A stretch of 64,000 nucleotides of DNA from the human T2T-CHM13v2.0 reference genome, Homo sapiens: assembly GCF_009914755.1 (NCBI RefSeq), contig NC_060926.1. One strand, given 5' to 3'. Numbering within the stretch: position 1 is the stretch's first letter; each line of letters opens with the position of its first letter. Positions 58,563 to 64,000 of this stretch are shown piece after piece. The position numbers and the translations under genes are program-made. Under the pieces are notes generated by a model, which was not told the origin of the DNA, did not search any database, and was given only the letters and a program-made list of their open reading frames with translations.

Positions 58563-60239
58563 GGAAGGGAGAAGGGAGAAAGAAGATGACCGCTTCTCTT
58601 CAGTCCTTTCTTTTCCAAACTTTGGTCGAATTTCACTATTCTAGTGCCTATCATAATACTCCCCAACTGGCCTGATCCAATTTCAGAGTTTTATGTAACT
58701 TCTAGGAAAGACTCTGACATCAAAAACAATAAATTTGAATTATAGTAAAAGCAACAGAAATTATAGTAATTATAGTAAGAATTATAGAAAGAGCAATAGA
58801 AACAGAGCTGAAGTCTAGGAGTCCAGGTCCCTCTGCTGCAGAATTTAGGTTTTATAATATGTGAGATTATAGCATTGTAAATTTTGTGCTAAACATTTCA
58901 ATAGTTGTATCGCCTTCAGCAGTTTGGCAGTGCTTATTGATCCATATAGGCTCTAATATAGCACAAAACTTTAATGAGATAAATGTAAAATGCTAAATAC
59001 TAAATAACACACCTTAGGAGATTCTGAGCATTTCCTACTCCTATCACCTGGGTGACACAGTTTGTTTAATGTATATGACTACATGTTTGGTATATTTGTT
59101 TCTGTGGCAATACATATGTGGATATGTTATTATTCTCACAAACCTCTATTTGGGAGGTAAGAAAGAATGGATGAAGGTCAGAGACTGCATAACTTACCAA
59201 TGATCACTTTTCATACCTGCAAATTTCTCTTAAGGTCTGTGCATTTTTTCAGAGAAATTAGCTTTCCAGAGGGTGTATTATTTCACCCCATCTTATCCTT
59301 AAAGTGATCTGAAATGTTAGATGTGCTTTTGCTATGAAGTTTCAGAAAAAAAGACAATAGAAATAATGACTAACACAGAGATCAATTATTGACAAGAATA
59401 TGTATAGATGCATTTAGACACAGAATTATTCTTGAGTGGCCTTAATGTAAAACCCTACTTAACATATCCTTGTTGAAAACTTTGATTCACATTTTACTCC
59501 ATGATTCAGGCTCTGACCTTAGAACTTAGAACCTGCACACAAATCCTATCTTTCGTGCTTCCTGAAGCCCTCAGGTGCTATGTAACCCAGAAGTCCTAGC
59601 TTTTCCAGCCTAGAAGTCACACTTGGCTTTAGGATTTTGACAATAGTCCAAACTTAACTTCAGGTAGTCCAATTTTTACCAGGATCTACTTCCCAAGTAT
59701 TTCAGGAAATTCCCAGGAAGGGCTCCCTTGTTTGATAAAGGCACAATGACTTGCCACCTCAGCCCATCAGCTGATTCGGGACTGCTGCTCTGTTCTGAGG
59801 GTCAAATTTCATTACTGCCAGACACTGGAACGGCCTTTCATACCACTTCACCCCCATGGAGGTCAAAGGCATTCAAATCCCCACAGTGGTAGCTAAGATC
59901 AGGCTGTATTCCTTAACAAGACTTCCCTGAAGGGTTGGTAGGTAACAGAAGGGAACTTCCCTGATAGTTTAAAACCTTATGCCAGATATAGTAGTTCTCA
60001 GAGTCCACAAGCCAAGGACCCTCCACAGCAGTCCTCAGTTGGATGTCTCTCACTTTGGCTGCCAGCCAGCCAACATGTTACAGGGCTGGCTCACTTCTTC
60101 CACTGAGCGCTTTCTTGAGCACATTGTCCTTTCCCAGAACGGAGGCCCTAATGCCCAAGGCCAAGACAGAAGAAATTACTTCTCCTTGTCCCATTTCCAA
60201 CCCAAGACTAACTTTTCCAGTGATAGAACATCCAAGGGA

Positions 60240-60355
60240 TAAGAAATAAGCTTCACAGGGCAGGGGCTTTTTGTGTTTGTCACTGACATACTCCAAGTGA
60301 CTAAAATAGTGCCTGAGCCTAGAAGGACTTCAATAATAATTGAGCAATTGAATAA
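60240..60355 (+). mobile_element. L2 3' end
   Basis: aagcttcacagggcaggggctttt...aatagtgcctg...caataataattg. Confidence 0.65.
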
Positions 60356-61324
60356 AATGGTTTATTTTTCTAAAACAAACTAATAAAGACTGAGTAGGTG
60401 TTTAGTTACATAATTCAGAACAACATCAGAAAAGCTTGGTCCAACATGGGAATTTGCAAACCCAGTCCACTCCCTTTAGGGTCTCTTCTCCAGCATAATA
60501 TAAATGCATACCTCCATATCGCTTCTGCCCAAGTGGCTCTCCACTCCTTACCTCCTCTTTCTGAAGGCTCACCCAGGATGACACAAAAGCACCACTCAAG
60601 AATAGTTTCAGACACAATGAAATTTAACTCCTTGTTCAGAAAAGAAACATTCTCCTAAAGGACACAATCCACAGAAATATATCTCCATCCTCAATGGAGA
60701 CAAATTTTCATAGTTTAACTCCTCAAAGTCTTAATTGTCTGAATTCCAAATTGGGTCCTGCTCAATTTCTCTTAAGTGTCCAACACAGTGATTATTTCTC
60801 GAAATAGTAATTTTCTCAAAAACTAAACCATAAACTCTACATTTAGAGACACGAAAACACTCTTCTCACTTCAAATTGGCAGTTTTCCCTCCTCATGGGC
60901 ATCAAAGTTTCCAAAAATATCTCGGGGCCCAATTTCAGCAGAGCACCAACTTTCTAGCATATGTTGCTCAGTCACTGTCTAGATTCTAGAATGTAAGCCA
61001 AACCTTTGTGATGGGTGGAAAATTCCCTCTAGTCTGAATCAGCAGAGCTTCTCTCTCTGCCTCCACCCCCTTGTCACTCAAGGACATTGCAATGATCTAC
61101 ATTTGCTTTTTCTGGGTATTCGTACTGTGTGTAGACCTTTGCTGCTTAATCAGCTTTCAACCAATAGATTCATGTCAGTGAACTGACAGGTCAACCCAAA
61201 GGAGGAGAGAATGTACCTTGTTTCACGAAAGATCATCTTTTCTTCTTGCATACCGGTTATCTATTATTATTTGCCTACAAAAATAATTATTGCTCTTCTT
61301 CACGATCCTCCAACTGTTCTGATC

Positions 61325-61774
61325 TGTGGTAACTATGAAAATGCACCTTTCAGATTTCTGCCTGTGGGCACCCTTGGCTGCTGTGCTCTGAAATCATCAT
61401 TGTATTTGAGCCAAATTCGTGCTTCCTACAGGCTGCTTTTAGCCAATGACTGAGCAATACAGGGATACTAAGGCAGACCTGCTTCTGAGAGTCACAGAGC
61501 TCCTCTGATAGGCAACTTTGACTCTAAGATTTCCCAATATTTGCCAAACTTTCTTAGAGCTAAACTGAAGTCTAGGGTGATTCTCCCAATTCTCTTCCTT
61601 TTTTTCACTCATCCAACCAGGTCAGGCCTGGGTTGTGCAGTCTGACGGTTCTCCTGGCCTTCATTTTCTACCCCCTACCTACCTTATTTTTCTCTCACAG
61701 ACATTGCCCCTAACAAACCTCTTTTTCCTCTATCCTATCTTGAAGCCTGACTCTTGGAGGACCCAAGTCAACAC
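61325..61774 (+). mobile_element. ERVL 5' LTR (LTR40-like)
   Basis: agccaatgactgagc...ctaaggcag; 3' end cccctaacaaacctc...ttggaggacccaagtcaacac; directly followed by ERVL internal sequence. Confidence 0.7.
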
Positions 61775-63640
<1,866 letters not shown>

Positions 63641-64000
63641 ACTTCTGACCTGTTTTCTCCTTGCCTTCTGTGAAGTATCTGTCACACCCTTTATGAGATG
63701 GGAGTGGAACAGAGGTGAGCTCATGGAAAGGTACCTACTCTTGTGACTCCTCTACCGGCTGTCTCAAGTTACCAGACAAATGGATGATTCAACATGCTGG
63801 TGGGAAAAGAAAAATACCAATTTTTCCATTCAAGGTTAGTTACTTCAAGAAAAAGAAATGACATAAAATGTGGAGATTGTCCATGAGAAAAGTGAAAAAA
63901 TTAAAATAATAGACCATTAAAAGAATCCTAACCCGCAGGGGGAAAAAAAACTAATAAAAAGATCAGATCAGTTTCTTCCAAAAAAAAAAGGCTAAATGAG

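Overview
Primate (very probably human) genomic DNA: AT-rich, CpG-depleted, no CpG island, intergenic or deep-intronic in character. I could not identify the locus. I see no credible protein-coding exon, tRNA, rRNA, snRNA or CRISPR array. Many ORFs in the supplied track are Alu, L1 or microsatellite read-throughs, and the rest are short with no domain I recognise. The only recognisable protein homology is a decayed, internally deleted ERV-L provirus at ~61.3-63.6 kb (LTR40-like LTR plus broken protease/RT/integrase). The window is a mosaic of about 21 Alu-family elements (most with readable target-site duplications, TSDs), L1, L2, L3, MIR, MaLR/ERVL/ERV1 LTRs, hAT and Tigger MITEs (several nested) and microsatellites. 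Subfamily names come from remembered consensus features and need Dfam/RepeatMasker confirmation. I found no evidence for a new multi-gene biological system. The best leads are modest: (i) a ~55-nt stem-loop-terminated, tailed, probably TSD-flanked mini-retrocopy at 54.0 kb; (ii) a minus-strand GC-box/TATA/Inr arrangement at 5.6 kb; (iii) a tandem duplication at 16.5-16.9 kb that holds both the filled and the empty site of one Alu insertion; (iv) isolated CTCF, tandem E-box and IR1 motifs.
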